This document shows positions 1 through 12,080 of a stretch of 64,000 bases of DNA, piece after piece. The notes under the pieces were generated by a model. The model was not told where the DNA came from. It saw nothing but the letters and a program-made list of their open reading frames with translations, and did not search any database. The first letter of the stretch is position 1; each line of letters begins with the position of its first letter. Location of the stretch: NCBI GenBank assembly GCA_038070475.1, contig JAMYWH010000005.1, positions 7,509,461 to 7,573,460 of the forward strand, written 5' to 3'. The DNA is from Streptomyces sp. M10(2022). Lineage in GTDB: Bacteria; Actinomycetota; Actinomycetes; Streptomycetales; Streptomycetaceae. A program made the translations under genes and the position numbers.

Positions 1-650
1 TGGGTCGGCGGTCCGGAAGTTGGTCCGGAGCAGCCCGAGTTCGAGCGGGTTCCCCAGGACCACCGATGCAAAGGCGCCGGGGTCGACGCTCGCCATCTCC
101 GGCTCGGCGTAGTAGGCGTTGACGTCGAGATCGACGGGACACCAGGCGGATACGTAGACGATCCTGTCGATCAGGTCGGGGCGGGCGTTGCCGGCCGCGG
201 TGATCGTGGCACCCCTCTGCTGTGGCCGACGAGGACGACCGGCCCGTTCTGCTTCGCCCGTTCGAGGACTTCGATCAGACGGGAGGCGTTGTCGGCGAGG
301 GTGACGCCCTTGATGCCGCCTGGATCGGTGGCCAGCGCGTGGAGATCCTGCGGAGCCTGGTAGCCCACGGGGAAGGTCGCCTCGAAGCCGTGGCCCGGGA
401 GGTCGACGGCGAGCGAGCGGTGCCCGAGCAGGGCCAGTTCGGCCTGCAGCGGTGCGAAGGAGAAGGAATTCCCGAAGGCTCCATGAACGAGAACGAAGGT
501 CGGCATACGCATGCCTCTACCTTGCAACAGCGTGATCTTCGAAACAAGGTCAAGGCGGCCGACGGTGTCCGTTGAATAGAGTGGGTCAACGCCCGGGTTC
601 CACCGGTCCGTTCGGCAGGCTGTGGTGATGGAACTCAGCTGCCCGGCCAC
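1..650 (-). CDS. alpha/beta-fold hydrolase, partial at the window edge and frameshifted near 220
   Basis: ORF 171..650 carries an HGxGG-like start (VLVHGAFGNSFSF) and a GHSxG nucleophile elbow (VLVGHSRG). The homology continues into another frame below 171. Confidence 0.6.
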
Positions 651-849
651 GCAGCGTCGACCCCGGCGTACCGCTTCTGCACGGCGGGCAAGGCTGTCCG
701 GACACCCAGAGATGCAGATGGCGCCGCCGCCGTAGTGTGTCTGGGTGGCAGCGCAGACCGTGGCTGTCGGCCCGGATCAGGTGGGCATGCCGGATCCGCC
801 GTACTTCGGTGCGACTCCCGTGCTCTGCCGCTCGATCAGGCGGGGATGG

Positions 850-2637
850 GCACATGGACGGTGCGCGCAGGTCCTCCGTCCAGCAGCACAGTCAGCTCCT
901 CCGCGGCGGTCCGCCCGAAGGCGATCGTGTCCCGGGAAAGCGCGGCGAAGAACTTCAAGGACAAGGGTGTCGCACGGCACTCCCTGGCTCCGACCGGCTG
1001 GGGCGACGGCGGTGGCGGTACCACCCGCGAGATGATCGCCAAGGCCGCCAGAATGCGCGATCTCGAAGGGGCGGCGACCGTTGCCTGGGAGAAGCCGGCC
1101 GATTTCTTCGCCAGGGCGGAGGCGGAATATCCAGACGCACCGGTGTGGGTGGGGAGCTGTACCTGGAGCTGCACCGTGCCACGCTCACCAGCCTGGCGAA
1201 GACCAAGCAGGGCAACCGGCGCGGCGAGCACCTCCTGCGGGAGGCCGAACTGTGGGCCGCGACCGCCGCTGTGCGGGCCGGTTCGCCCTATCCGTACGAG
1301 CAGTTGGACCGGATCTGGAAGACGGCGCTGCTGCACCAGTTCCACGACATCCTGCCCGGCTCGTCGATCGCCTGGGTGCACCGCGAGGCCGAGAAGACGT
1401 ACGCGGCTGTCGCCGTGGAACTGGACACACTCATCGGGGACGCCCGGCGCGCTCTGGCCGGAGACGGCGATTCGGGCGGGACGCTCCTTTCAACTCCGCC
1501 CCGCACGCCCGCGGCGGAGTTCCGGCCGGTGCGGCCACGGTGGTGACCGTCGGCGCCGCGGGCCGGCTGGCACCGCGGGACGGCGGTGGCTTCGTACTGG
1601 ACAACGGTCTGCTCCAGGTGGAGATCGACAGTGCGGGTCTGGTCGTGTCCGCCTATGACATCGGTGCGGAGCGCGAGTCGGTGGCCCCGGGATGGCGGCG
1701 AACCTGCTGCAGATCCACCCCGATTTCCCGAACATGTGGGACGCGTGGGACGTCGACGAGTTCTACCGCAACACGGTGACCGATCTGACGGAGGTCGACG
1801 AGCTCACACCGGTGGAGAACGGGGAGCGGTCGGGGTCCGGGTCATGCGCAGCTTCGGCGACTCGACGGTCAGCCAGCTGCTGATGCTCGCGCCGGGCGCC
1901 AAGCGGCTCGACATCGACACCGAGGTCGACTGGCACGAGACGGAGAAGTTCCTGAAGGCCGCCTTCCCGCTGGACATTCACGCCGAGCGGTACGCATCCG
2001 AGACGCAGTTCGGGCACTTCTACCGGGCCACGCACACCAACACCAGCTGGGAGGCGGCCAAGTTCGAGGCGTGCAACCACCGCTTCGTGCATCTGGAGGA
2101 GCCGGGATGGGGAGTCGCGCTGACCAACGACTCGACGTACGGCCATGACGTGACCCGTACGGTCCGCGGGTCGGACGCGGGCACGACCACCACTGTCAGG
2201 GTCTCGCTGCTGTGTGCCCCGCGCTTCCCCGACCCGGAGACCGACCAGGGGCTGCACCGCTTCCGGCACGCCCTGGCGCCCGGCGCGGGGATCGGCGACG
2301 CGGTCCGAGAGGGCTTCCACATCAATCTGCCGGAGCGCCATGTCGCGGGGACCGTGAAGTGGCGCCGCTGGTGTCCGCCGACAACGACGCGGTTGTCGTC
2401 AGCGCGGTCAAGCTGGCCGACGACGCGAGCGGAGATGTCGTCGTCCGGGTGTACGAGTCGACGGGTGGCCGGGCTCAAGTACGGCTCGGCCTGGGCTTCG
2501 ACGCATCCGGTGTCGCGGTGACCGACCTGCTGGAGCGGCCGCTCGACGGGGCATCCGTGCCGGCACTGCACGAGGGCGGGGTGCAACTGGCGCTGCGGCC
2601 CTTCGAGCTGGTGACCCTGCGCCTGGCGCGCGGCTGA
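850..2637 (+). pseudogene. GH38 alpha-mannosidase, 5'-truncated (mid and C-terminal domains only) and split over at least 4 frames
   Basis: The fragments carry GWGDGGGGTTREM and LHQFHDILPGSSI, which are GH38 mid-domain motifs. The C-terminal part (FYRATHTNTSWEAAKFE ... VYESTGGRAQVRL) sits in ORFs 1586..2521 and 2212..2637. There is no N-terminal catalytic domain upstream, where a divergent hydrolase gene lies. Confidence 0.75.
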
Positions 2638-2686
2638 TCCAGACGTCCGGGCCGGCCGGTGTGCCGGGCCGGCCCGGACGGCACTG

Positions 2687-3852
2687 TCAGCCGAGGGCTT
2701 CGAACGGGCCCGGGGCCTTGCCCGTCCAGCGGTGGAGACGGATCTCGCCCTCCTGCTCGAGGACGCCGTCCTCCTCCACGGTCCGGCCCTCCGCCAGGTA
2801 GTAGCGTCCGTCGCCCAGCGCGTCGAACCCGTAGCTGCCGTGGAACTCCCAGCCGCGGATGCCGGTCGCCTCGTCGCGCAGGCCGGCCTCGCGGAGGGTG
2901 AGGAGATTGCCGGTCTCCGGCGTGGGCTGTCCCTTGATCTCGCCGCGTACCGGTTCGGCGGAGCCGTCCACGGTGAACAGGGAGTAGTTGGGGAAGCCCT
3001 CCTTCTTGCCCTTGTATACCGCCATGAACCAGTTCCTGGTGTACGGGTCGTACTGGAGGTTCTGTACGCCGTAGGTGGTGTTGCCGGTGTGGACGAAGAA
3101 CTTGCCGTCGTGGTGTTCGGGGCCGCTGTGGTGCGGGGCGTCCTGGGAGAGGGGCGTGCGTACCTGCCCCAGGTGCTGATGTCGTACTCCAGGATCACCT
3201 GGTGGTCGTTGTCGGTCCGGCCGGTGTGGGAGTAGACGCCGTACGCGACCTTGAGCGTCTGCTTGCCGCCCCGCCTGCCGAACTCGGGGCCGAACGACAC
3301 GCCGTCAATCCCGCTGCACCCGTAGCGGTGGTCAGGGTGTCGGCGATGTCGCCGTCGAAGACGCCGTTGCCGTCCATGTCAGCGGTGAAGTCCGCGGCCA
3401 CCTCGTCGAGATGGACCGCGGTCATGACGCCGTCCCGCTCGGCGTTCATCCCGGTCCGGTCGATCGCGCGGCCGTCGAAGACGGCGATGTAGAACGATTC
3501 CGCCGCCTTGTACTCGAGCGATCCGTAGACCCTGCCGCTCCGGTCGTCGACGTCGATGTCACCGAGGTGGCCGGTGAGTCCGTCGACGGTCCCGACGACC
3601 TTGCCGCCGAGGTCGGTCTTGACCAGCTTCTGGGTGAATGACCAGTAGACGAACCCGCGTTTGCGGTCCACGGTCACGCCCTGCAGATGGCTGGTCGGCC
3701 AGGCGCCGCCGTATACGTAGGAGGGCAGCTCGGGCGGTCGGTTGCCGCGGTCGCCATCGGCGGCGAGGCCGGGGAAGGGCGGCGAGGAGGAAGGCCAGGA
3801 CACTGATCCCGGCGACGAGAACGGTTCGTAACGTCCGGAGCTTGCCGCGCAC
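2687..3852 (-). CDS. secreted hypothetical protein, frameshifted
   Basis: It starts with a signal peptide (MRGKLRTLRTVLVAGISVLAFLLAALP at 3852). The homology then continues through ORF 3195..3890 and ORF 2687..3025, with a linking piece in the 2020..3300 frame. Confidence 0.45.
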
Positions 3853-3977
3853 GCGGTTTCCTTTCCACGAGATCGTGAGTCGTGCTCCACCGGAGCGTCC
3901 CGCGACGTCAGCGGGCGGGCAGGAGGCGAACCGGTGGTGCGTTAGCCGGGAGAACGCCTTCGTGTGCCGGTCAGGAT

Positions 3978-5003
3978 CAGGTCTTCAGCACCTCCGGGTT
4001 CGCGCAGTGGGCCGGGGCGCGGCCGGCCAGGAACCGGGCGACCTCACCGGCCACGAGGGCGGCCGCGTTGTGGGCGGTCTGCTTGCTGGCACCGGCCAGA
4101 TGCGGGGTCATGACGAGGTTGGGGTACGCGGCAGCCGGGAGCCTGCCGGGATCGGCTCCTCGGGGAAGACGTCGAAGGCGGCGCCGAAGAGCCTGCCCTC
4201 GTCCAGGGCGTCGCAGACGGCGTCGTAGTCGAGCAGGGAGCCGCGGGCGCAGTTGACGAGCACGCCGCCGGGAGGCATGAGTCCGATCAGTTCGCGGGAG
4301 AGCAGCCCTTCGGTCTTCACAGTGGCCCGGGCGTGCACCGTGACGAAGGAGGAGCGGCGCATCAGTTCGGGGAGGTCCACCAGCTCCGCCGGGGCCAGGC
4401 CGGCCTCGTCGACGTACGGGTCGGCGACCAGGACATGGGCGCCGAAACCGAGGACGATGCGCGCGACCCGGGAGCCGATGGCGCCGTACCCCACGATGCC
4501 GACCGTGCTGCCCTCCAGCTCGGGGCCGACGCTGTCGTAGCGGTAGTAGTCGCCCCGCCAGACGCCCGCGGTGAGGTCCTGGTGGGTGGCGGGGACGCGG
4601 CGGGTGGCCGCCAGCATCAGGGCGACCGTGTGCTCGGCGGTGGCGGTGGCGTTGCGCCCGGGGCGAAGGTGACCGCGACGCCGTGCCGGGTGGCCGCCGC
4701 GAGATTGGCGTTGACCGGGCCGCCCCGGCCGACGCAGAACAGGCGGAGCCCGGGGCTCGCCCGGAGGACCCGTTCCGTCAGCGGTGCCATCTGGGTGACG
4801 CAGATGTCCACACCTTCCAGGGCCTCGATGAGCTGGTCCTCGGTCCCGGAGGCCTCGTGGACCTCGGCCACCGGGCCGAAGGGCTCGACGGGCCAGGGCA
4901 GGGTGAGCTCACGGAAGGCGGCCTCGGGTGCGACCGGCCGGAGGCGGTCGGTGAACAGGGAGTTACGGACGAAGTGGTCGCCGGCCGCGAGGATCGTGGT
5001 CAC
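3978..5003 (-). CDS. D-isomer-specific 2-hydroxyacid dehydrogenase (PGDH-like), frameshifted
   Basis: It carries the NAD-binding motif GIVGYGAIGSRVA and the catalytic region LVNCARGSLLD...FDVFPEEP. The N-terminus is in ORF 4617..5234 and the C-terminal tail (ANPEVLKT*) is in a third frame. Confidence 0.8.
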
Positions 5004-5636
5004 TCGGGTTCTCCTGGGGTCACGTGCTGGTTCAGCGCCAGCAGCGAGGGTGTGCCGTCGCGGAGGATCAGTTCGTTCAACGCGCAGTTGGCCAGGTAGG
5101 GAAGACACGGCGGTAGTCCCGCAGTGGCACTCCGAGCAATCGGCAGAGGGTGAGCCGGATCGCGGTGGAGTGGGCCACGACGAGGATGCGCCCGTCCTGG
5201 TGACCGGCCCGCAGTCCGGCGAGGAAGCCGGCATAGCGTTCGCCGGCGGCGGCGGGATCCTCCCTCCGGGAAGTGACTGCCGACCGGGTCGGCCTCGAAG
5301 GCCTTGAGCGCGCCCGGTAGGCGTTCCCGCATCTCGGCGCGGGTCATCCCTCGGCGATGCCGAAATCGAGTTCGCGCAGCCGTGGTTCGAGAATCAGTGG
5401 CAGACCGGTGCGGGCCGCACTCTCCTGCGCGGTCTGCCGGCAGCGTCTCATCGGGGAGGACCACACTGCTGTGAGATCGGCCTGCGCGGCCCAGGAGGCG
5501 AGCCGGGTGGCCTGGGTGCGGCCTCGCTCGGAGAGATCGATGTCGGTGACGCCGGCGTAGCGGTTCTCGTCATGCCAGACGCTCTCCCGTGCCGTACGAG
5601 GATGACGTGGAGGCTCATGGTGCGGTCCTTTCCGTG
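5003..5636 (-). CDS. histidine phosphatase (phosphoglycerate-mutase family), frameshifted
   Basis: The N-terminus carries the RHG motif (MSLHVILVRHG). The rest follows in another frame: ESVWHDENRYAGVTDIDLSERGRTQA, then C-terminal LANCALNELILRDG. Confidence 0.7.
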
Positions 5637-5639
5637 CGT

Positions 5640-7105
5640 GGGCCGCGACGGTTTCGGGCAGCCAGCCACGCTGGACCAGCAGATCGAGCAGCCGGGCGTA
5701 GCCTTCGTCATGGTCGGATCGGTGCGAGGCCCGCGGCTCCAGGACCTGTCCGGGCCGCACCATCGCGGCGGCGGTACGGTCCAGGCCTCCCGGGTCCCCG
5801 CAGACGGAGGCGGCGAGTACGGCCATGCCGAGCGCGGGCTGGGCATGGCGGGGCAATGACACGGGCCGGCGCAGCACATCGGCGCGCAGCTGGTTCCACA
5901 CCGGGTTGCGGGTCGCGCCGCCGGTGAGTACGACGGCCCCGTCGGTCGGGGCGCCGAGCAGGTCCACGTAGTCGAAGCAGAGGCGTTCGACGTACGCGAC
6001 GCCCTGCATCAGCGCGGCGAAGTCCTCGGCGCGGCCCGTCGGTTCCCGGCTGCGGAACGCGAGCGCGTCCGGGGCGACGAAGGGGAACCGCTCCCGGGCG
6101 AGACCAGCGGATAGCGCAGCAGCCCGGTGGGCAGCAGGGTGCCGCCTCGTCGGTCAGCCGGTCCAGGCCGGTGTCGGCGAACTCCCGCGCGACCAGGCCG
6201 GCGCCGACGCTGGAGGCACCGCCGGGAAGCCAGTGGCCGGAAGGTGAGCGGTGGGAGTAGACGACGCCGTTCGGGTCGTGCAGAAGGTCCTCGGTGACTC
6301 CTTTGAGGACGAGGGTGGTGCCCAGGACCGAGTTCCAGCTGCCGACCGCGGTCGCCCGGAGCCCAGTTGGGCCGCACAGCCGTCGGTCATTCCGGCGACC
6401 ACGGGAATGCCGGGACGAGACCGCACTCCGCCGCGGCACCGGCGCAGATCTCGCCGATGACGGTGCCGGGCAGCACGAGGCCGGGCAGTATCCCCATGGG
6501 GATCCCCAGCGCGGCGAAGACCTGTTCGGGCCAGGTCACCGTCGCGGCGTCGGCCCCGGACTTGAGGGCGCTGCTGGTGTCGGTGGGCACCTGGTGCCCG
6601 ACGAGCCTGCGGTTGATCACGTCGTTCTGGTGGGCGAGGCGCCAGCCGTCCGCCACCGCGTGCGGGTACCGGTCGAGCAGCCAGCGGAGCTTGGGAAGCC
6701 CCAGGAACGCTGCATCCGCCCGTATCCGGCCTTGGCCCACTGCTGTTCGCCGAGCGCGTTGACCTGCTCCGCCTCCACGGTGGCGCGGCCGTCGTCGTAC
6801 ATGAGGCCGGGTGCGACGCATCTGCCGTGCCGGTCGGTCAGGGTGAGGGTGCCGGAGGTCGCGTCGACGGCCACGGCCGGATACGACGCGGGTCGGCGCC
6901 TGCGGCGCAGGCCTGCCCGACGGACGAGCAGACCGCACGCCACCACTGCCCGGGTCCTGTTCGTGGCGTTCGCCCCGCCGATTACTGGTCAGCGGCGACG
7001 ACCCCGTGCCGAGCAGCCGGCCGTCCGAGGCCACGGCGACCGCGCGGACCCCTGCGTGCCCAGGTCGATGCCCAGCCATACGTCCGGGCCGGCGCCGGTC
7101 ATGCG
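5640..7105 (-). CDS. FGGY-family carbohydrate kinase (paralog 2), multiply frameshifted
   Basis: The N-terminus reads MTGAGPDVWLGIDLGTQG. The C-terminal FGGY motifs are VVLTGGATRNPVWNQLRADVLRRPV and PALGMAVLAA. Its end overlaps the start of the phosphatase gene. Confidence 0.75.
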
Positions 7106-8607
7106 CCGACTCCGCCGGTGAGGCCCGCGCCACCGCGGCCGAGCGCCCAGATCGGCCGGTGCAGCTCCCGCAGCCGCAGGAACTCCGCATAGCGGTCGCC
7201 CACGGCCCGGCCCTTGGCCGGGTCCGGCTCGCAGGTGGCGGAGATACGTACGTGCTGTGCCGCCGCGGTGGCGAAGTCCGGCTCGCGGCCGGTCGCGACC
7301 ATGCCGGTCAGCCAGGCGCCGCGGGCCCCGGTCTCGGTATCGGCGGGGATCGCCACCGGCAGGCCGACGACATCCGCGATCAGCCGCGTCCAGTACGCGC
7401 TCCGGGCACCGCCGCCGCTGAGGGTCAACAGCTCCGGGGTGGCCGCGGAGGCGGCGAGGCAGTCGCGGATGGCCATGGTGACGCCCTCCACCACCGCGCG
7501 GGCCACGTCCTCCCGGCCGCTGTCCAGGGACAGACCGGACAGGGAACCGCGGGCTCCCGGGTCGAAGAACGGGGCACGCTCCCCGGCCGAGGAGACGTAG
7601 GGCAGGAACCGCACTCCGGCCGTGTTCTCGGCGCCGCGCTCGGCCAGCGCCATCAGGTCGGTGACCGAGGCGAGCCCGAGGAGCCGTGCGCCCCAGTGCA
7701 GCATGTCGCCGCCGCTCATGGTGGGGAAGGCGCGCAGATAATGCCCGGGACGCCCAGGGTGACGGTGATGCCCACCGGTTCGTCGGTGAGCACGGAGTCG
7801 GCGCGATCGGTGACGATCTCGGTGGACAGTGTGGTACCGAGCACGGTGCAGGCCCGGCCGGTGCTGACCGCGCCGGAGCCGATGGCGGTGGCGCAGATGT
7901 CGTAGGGCGCCAGCACCACCGGGATGCCCGCGGGCAGCCCTGTCTCGGCCGTCGCGGTGGCACTGAGCGCGGTCACACGGTGGTCGTCGTCCCGGGCGGG
8001 GCAGCAGGTCACGGGCCCACTCCAGGCCGTACAGCTCGAACAGCCGCTCGGACCAGGCGCGTTGTCTGATGTCCAGGAAGGGCGCCGATGCTTCGGACTC
8101 GTCCACGGCCGCTTCTCCGGTGAGCTTCAGGAAGAGCCAGCCGCCGCAGGTCAGCAGGTGGCGTGAGCGGCGCGTCCGGTCCGGGTCGTGCTCCCGCATC
8201 CAGGTCAGTACGGCGTTGGGCATGCCGGTGGACAGCCGGGAGCCGCAGATCCGGAAGGCCTGCTCCAGGGTGCCGTCGTGCTCCCACCGGCTGACCAGGT
8301 CGGCGGCCCGGCCGTCGTTCCACAGCACGGCGGGCCCGGTGGGGCGGCCCCGGTCGTCGACGAGCCATGCTCCGTCGCCCTGCCCGGTGACGGCGACCAG
8401 CTCGGGCGGCTCGGGCAGCGCGGCCACGACCTCGCGGGTGGCGGAGGCGACCGCCTCCCAGACGTGGCCCATGTCCTGCTCCGCCCAGCCCGGCCGGGGC
8501 CGCAGTACTCGCGTCGGACGGTGACTGACCGTCAGTTCTCGCCCGTCCGGCCCGTATCCGACGACTTTGACCGTGGTGGTGCCGGCGTCGATGGCCAGCG
8601 ACGTCAT
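7099..8607 (-). CDS. FGGY-family carbohydrate kinase (paralog 1), locally frameshifted
   Basis: The 502-aa ORF starts MTSLAIDAGTTTVKVV. It contains FLPYVSSAGERAPFFDP and LSGGGARSAYWTRLIADVVGLPV. An internal segment is recovered in ORF 7716..8012. Confidence 0.8.
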   Translation of the reverse strand: MTSLAIDAGTTTVKVVGYGPDGRELTVSHRPTRVLRPRPGWAEQDMGHVWEAVASATREVVAALPEPPELVAVTGQGDGAWLVDDRGRPTGPAVLWNDGRAADLVSRWEHDGTLEQAFRICGSRLSTGMPNAVLTWMREHDPDRTRRSRHLLTCGGWLFLKLTGEAAVDESEASAPFLDIRQRAWSERLFELYGLEWARDLLPRPGRRPPCDRAQCHRDGRDRAARGHPGGAGALRHLRHRHRLRRGQHRPGLHRARYHTVHRDRHRSRRLRAHRRTGGHHRHPGRPGHYLRAFPTMSGGDMLHWGARLLGLASVTDLMALAERGAENTAGVRFLPYVSSAGERAPFFDPGARGSLSGLSLDSGREDVARAVVEGVTMAIRDCLAASAATPELLTLSGGGARSAYWTRLIADVVGLPVAIPADTETGARGAWLTGMVATGREPDFATAAAQHVRISATCEPDPAKGRAVGDRYAEFLRLRELHRPIWALGRGGAGLTGGVGA

Positions 8608-8611
8608 GCCC

Positions 8612-9850
8612 TCAGCCCCTTCCGTGTGCCTGCCGCGAGCGGCGTGCGGCGGAGTCCAGGGCGACGGCGACCAGCAGCACGCCGCCCGTGATGATGAAGC
8701 GGTAGGAGGAGTCGAGATTGAGAAGGGTGAGCCCGCTGGAGATCGACTGGATGACGAGGACTCCGAGCAGGGCGGCGAAGGCGGAACCGCGGCCGCCGAA
8801 GAGGCTGGTTCCGCCGATCACCGCGGCGGCGATGGCGTTGAGGTTCACATCCGCGGTGCCGGTGCTCTGATTCGCCGCAGCGAGGCGGGCGGCGGCCAGG
8901 ACCCCGCCGGTCGCGGCGAGTGTGGAACACATGACGAACGAGGCGGTGTACACGGCGCGTACGTTGATTCCGGCCCTGCGCGCAGCCTCCGGGTTGCCGC
9001 CCACCGCGTACAGGGACCGGCCGAACCTGGTGCGGGTGAGGACGTAGTGCAGGATCAGGACCAGGGTGACGAAGAGCATGAACATCCACGGCACACCGCG
9101 GGTGCGGTTCAGGTAGTACGCCGCGAACAGCAGTGCCGCCGCCAGTGCGAGCGACTGCACCGCCAGCCACCGCAGCGAGAGGGACGACAGCCCGGCGCGG
9201 CGGCGGCTGCGGGCACAGGCCCAGCCGATGGCGAAGAAGCCGCCGGCCGCCAGGACCATGAAGGCGTAGGCCAGCGGCTCGGGGACGAACCACACCTGGG
9301 CGAATTTCACCAGGGCGGAGTCGTACGGCAGGTTGATGGCGTTCTGGCCGCGCAGGAGCCACAGCTGAGTGCCGAGAAACGCCAGCAGACCGCCCAGGGT
9401 CGCGACGAAGCTGGGCACGCCGAAGCGGTTGAGTGCCTGCCCGTAGAGCCAGCCGATCAGCGCGCCGACACCGACCGCCACCAGGATCGCCAGCCACACC
9501 GACTGCTCGTGACGGACCATCACCACGCCTGTGGTCGCAGCGGCGACACCGCTCACGGAGCCCACCGACAGGTCGATCTGGCCGACCAGCAGCACGCACA
9601 CGATGCCCAGCGCGATGACGCCCAGGGACACCATGTCGAAGGCCAGGTTCACCAGGTTGGTGCTGGACAGGAACGTCGGATTCAGCGACTGGAAGATCGT
9701 CCAGGTCACCACGACACCGGCGACGACGGGCAGCATTCCCAGATCACCGTCCGGGCCCGGCGGACCGTGACGCGGACGCTGTCGCGGAAACCGTGCGGTG
9801 CCGCCGGAGATTCGTCCTGCCGGGCGGGGCGGTCGCCACCGGTGAGCCGG
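8612..9850 (-). CDS. sugar ABC transporter permease (CUT2 / ribose-xylose type). The 5' boundary is uncertain
   Basis: The 374-aa ORF has multiple TM segments and a typical AraH/RbsC-like fold (GGRGSAFAALLGVLVIQSI). Confidence 0.75.
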   Translation of the reverse strand, partial: PAHRWRPPRPAGRISGGTARFPRQRPRHGPPGPDGDLGMLPVVAGVVVTWTIFQSLNPTFLSSTNLVNLAFDMVSLGVIALGIVCVLLVGQIDLSVGSVSGVAAATTGVVMVRHEQSVWLAILVAVGVGALIGWLYGQALNRFGVPSFVATLGGLLAFLGTQLWLLRGQNAINLPYDSALVKFAQVWFVPEPLAYAFMVLAAGGFFAIGWACARSRRRAGLSSLSLRWLAVQSLALAAALLFAAYYLNRTRGVPWMFMLFVTLVLILHYVLTRTRFGRSLYAVGGNPEAARRAGINVRAVYTASFVMCSTLAATGGVLAAARLAAANQSTGTADVNLNAIAAAVIGGTSLFGGRGSAFAALLGVLVIQSISSGLTLLNLDSSYRFIITGGVLLVAVALDSAARRSRQAHGRG

Positions 9851-9859
9851 GAGATGTCA

Positions 9860-10703
9860 CGGCGCTTCCTCCTCTTCTTCCCGCGAGGGACGCGCGCCGC
9901 GCGGCCCGCTGCGAAACGGCGTTGTCGGTGGCGCCGGTGATCGCGGCGACCACCTGCTCGGAGGAAACCTCCCGGGCGTCGAACACGCCGTTGTTGCGCC
10001 CGAGCCGGAGCACAGCCACCCGGTCGGCGACGGCCTGGACGTCCTCCATGTTGTGGCTGATCATGACGACGCCGAGCCCGTTGCTCTTCAGCCGCTCGAT
10101 CAGGTTCAGCACCTCGGCGGTCTGCGCGACTCCGAGGGCGGCGGTCGGTTCGTCGAGCAGGACGATCTCCGGTCGGCCGAGCAGGGCCGGGCGATCGCCA
10201 CCGTCTGCCGCTGGCCGCCCGAGAGAGCGGCCACCGGGACGTCGAGGGAGGGATCCGGGCCGACAGTTCGCGCAGCAGTTCCCAGGACCGCTTCTCCATT
10301 GCGACGTCGTCCAGCATCCAGGGCCGGATCTCCTGGCCCAGGAAGAGGTTCGCCTTGACATCGAGGTTCTCGCACAGTGCCAGGTCCTGGTAGACGGTCG
10401 CGATCCCCAGTGCGTGTGCTGCGCTCGGGGAATCGAACGAGACCTCCCTGCCGTGGAAGGAGACCGTTCCCGCGTCGGGCGGGTACACCCTGAGAGGATC
10501 TTCACGAGAGTGGACTTGCCGGCGCCGTTGTCCCCACCACGGCGATCACCTCACCGGCCGCGACATCGAGGTCGATGCCGGTGAGCGCGGCGACCGCACC
10601 GAACTGTTTGCTCACACCCCTCAGCGACAGCACACCGGCGCTGCCGGACACGGGGCTCGTTCCAGGGGCGGACCAGGAGCAGGCCCGGGGAGGTGGAGCT
10701 TGT
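9860..10703 (-). CDS. sugar ABC transporter ATP-binding protein with a single NBD, split over at least 3 frames
   Basis: It carries Walker A (VGDNGAGKSTLVKIL), the signature motif LSGGQRQ and Walker B (IVLLDEPTAALG). The frame breaks sit at G homopolymers. Confidence 0.75.
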
Positions 10704-10737
10704 CATGCGCACCCTCTCGCTCTGGCACAGGACGCCG

Positions 10738-11800
10738 CTACTCGATGTCCAGACGCCGGCAGTCGTCGGCATACACGCGGGTGCAGACGTCCTTGGCCTC
10801 GAGCACCCGTCGGGGCCGAAGACGACCTCCTTGAGGTTCTCCCGCGTCACCACCGTCGGCTCGAACAGCTGCGACGGCGTGTCGAAGAGCGTCGAGTCGG
10901 CCTTGGGCGTCTTGCCCTCCATCAGCTGATGGGCCGCCTCCGCCGCCGCCTCGGCGACGGTCTTGATGGGCTTGGAGATGGTGTTGTACTGGTCGCCCGA
11001 GACGACGCGCTGGACCGCCGCCAGCTCGGCGTCGTTACCGGTGACCGGGGACCTTCACCTCGGCGCCCTTGAAGGCCGCGATCGCTCCACCCCGGTGCCG
11101 TCATTGGCGGCCACCACGCCGGCGATCCGGCCGGGGTACTGGGCGATCTGCCCGCTCGTCCACTGCTGCGCCTTCTCCGGTGACCAGTCCGGGGTGTCGT
11201 ACTCGGCGAGCAACTCGAACCCGCTGTCGTCGACCGCCTTGTGGATGCCCTTCTTGATCAGCCCGGCAGCGGCGTCGGTCGGAGAACCGTTGACCTGGAG
11301 CAGCCCGCCCTCGGCCCCGTCTTCTCGAGATGGCCGACCAGCGACCGGCCGATGGATTCACCGATCGCCTCGTTGTCGAACGAGACATAGAAATCCGCAG
11401 GCTTCTTGGTTACCGGGCGGTCGTAGGCGATCACCTTGACGCCCTGGGAATGTGCCATCTGCACAATGGTGGACGCCGAGTCGGAGTCGACCGGGTCCAG
11501 CACGATGACCTTGGCGCCCTGCGCCATCGCTGAGTTCGCCTGCTGCTGCTGCAACGACGCGTCGCTGTCGGCGTTCTGGTAGATGACCTTGCATTCCTGG
11601 CAGAGCTTGCCCATGCGCTTCTTGAAGAGCGGGGCGTCGTACCGCTCGTACCGGGTGGAGGCGAGGTCAGGCATCAGGAACGCGACCTTGCCCACGCCGC
11701 TGCCGTCGCCGGAACCAGCCGTGACGGGCTCCTCGGCGCACGATACGAGTGAGCCCATGGCGAGGATGCCGATGAGAGCGAGACTTGCCGGTCTTCTCAT
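10738..11800 (-). CDS. sugar ABC periplasmic substrate-binding lipoprotein, frameshifted near 10800
   Basis: It has a lipoprotein signal (MRRPASLALIGILAMGSLVSCAEE) and a periplasmic-binding fold (KVAFLMPDLASTRYERYD, KVIVLDPVDSDS). The stop is TAG at 10738. Confidence 0.75.
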
Positions 11801-11838
11801 GTTCCACTCCTGCTCATGGACGCTGAAGGCAACGCTCA

Positions 11839-11902
11839 GGAAACTCAGATGTTTCATTTGTGTCAACGGGTCGCAGTAATTGAACAATTGCTGTGCTGTT
11901 TC
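11839..11902. promoter_or_regulatory. divergent promoter region with GAAAC/GTTTC inverted-repeat motifs, a candidate DeoR operator
   Basis: This AT-richer intergenic region lies between the substrate-binding-protein gene and the DeoR gene. Two inverted-repeat motifs are seen: GGAAACtcagatGTTTC and GAACAattgctgtgcTGTTTC. Confidence 0.25.
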
Positions 11903-12080
11903 CCGCCTTCGATGTTCGCGCGGTGTGCGGGACGCGGCGTGTGGGATGCGGAGTCCGGCCAACGGTCATCGTTCCCGAGCGCGGCAACAGCGTAGGCAGG
12001 TGTACAAGCGGCCTCTCCGGAAGGAGCGACGGACGAGACGGACGGGGCAGGCCCGGGATGTTCACTTCACAGAAAATGAA

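Noticed and set aside
2020-3300. 426-aa ORF on the minus strand
   Set aside because: Only its first ~50 residues belong to the secreted-protein gene. The rest runs antisense to the mannosidase gene and is Ala/Arg/Pro-rich, which is typical of spurious high-GC antisense ORFs.
8567-9940. 457-aa plus-strand ORF rich in Gly/Asp/His
   Set aside because: It is antisense to the ABC permease gene. Its composition is low-complexity and it has no homology.
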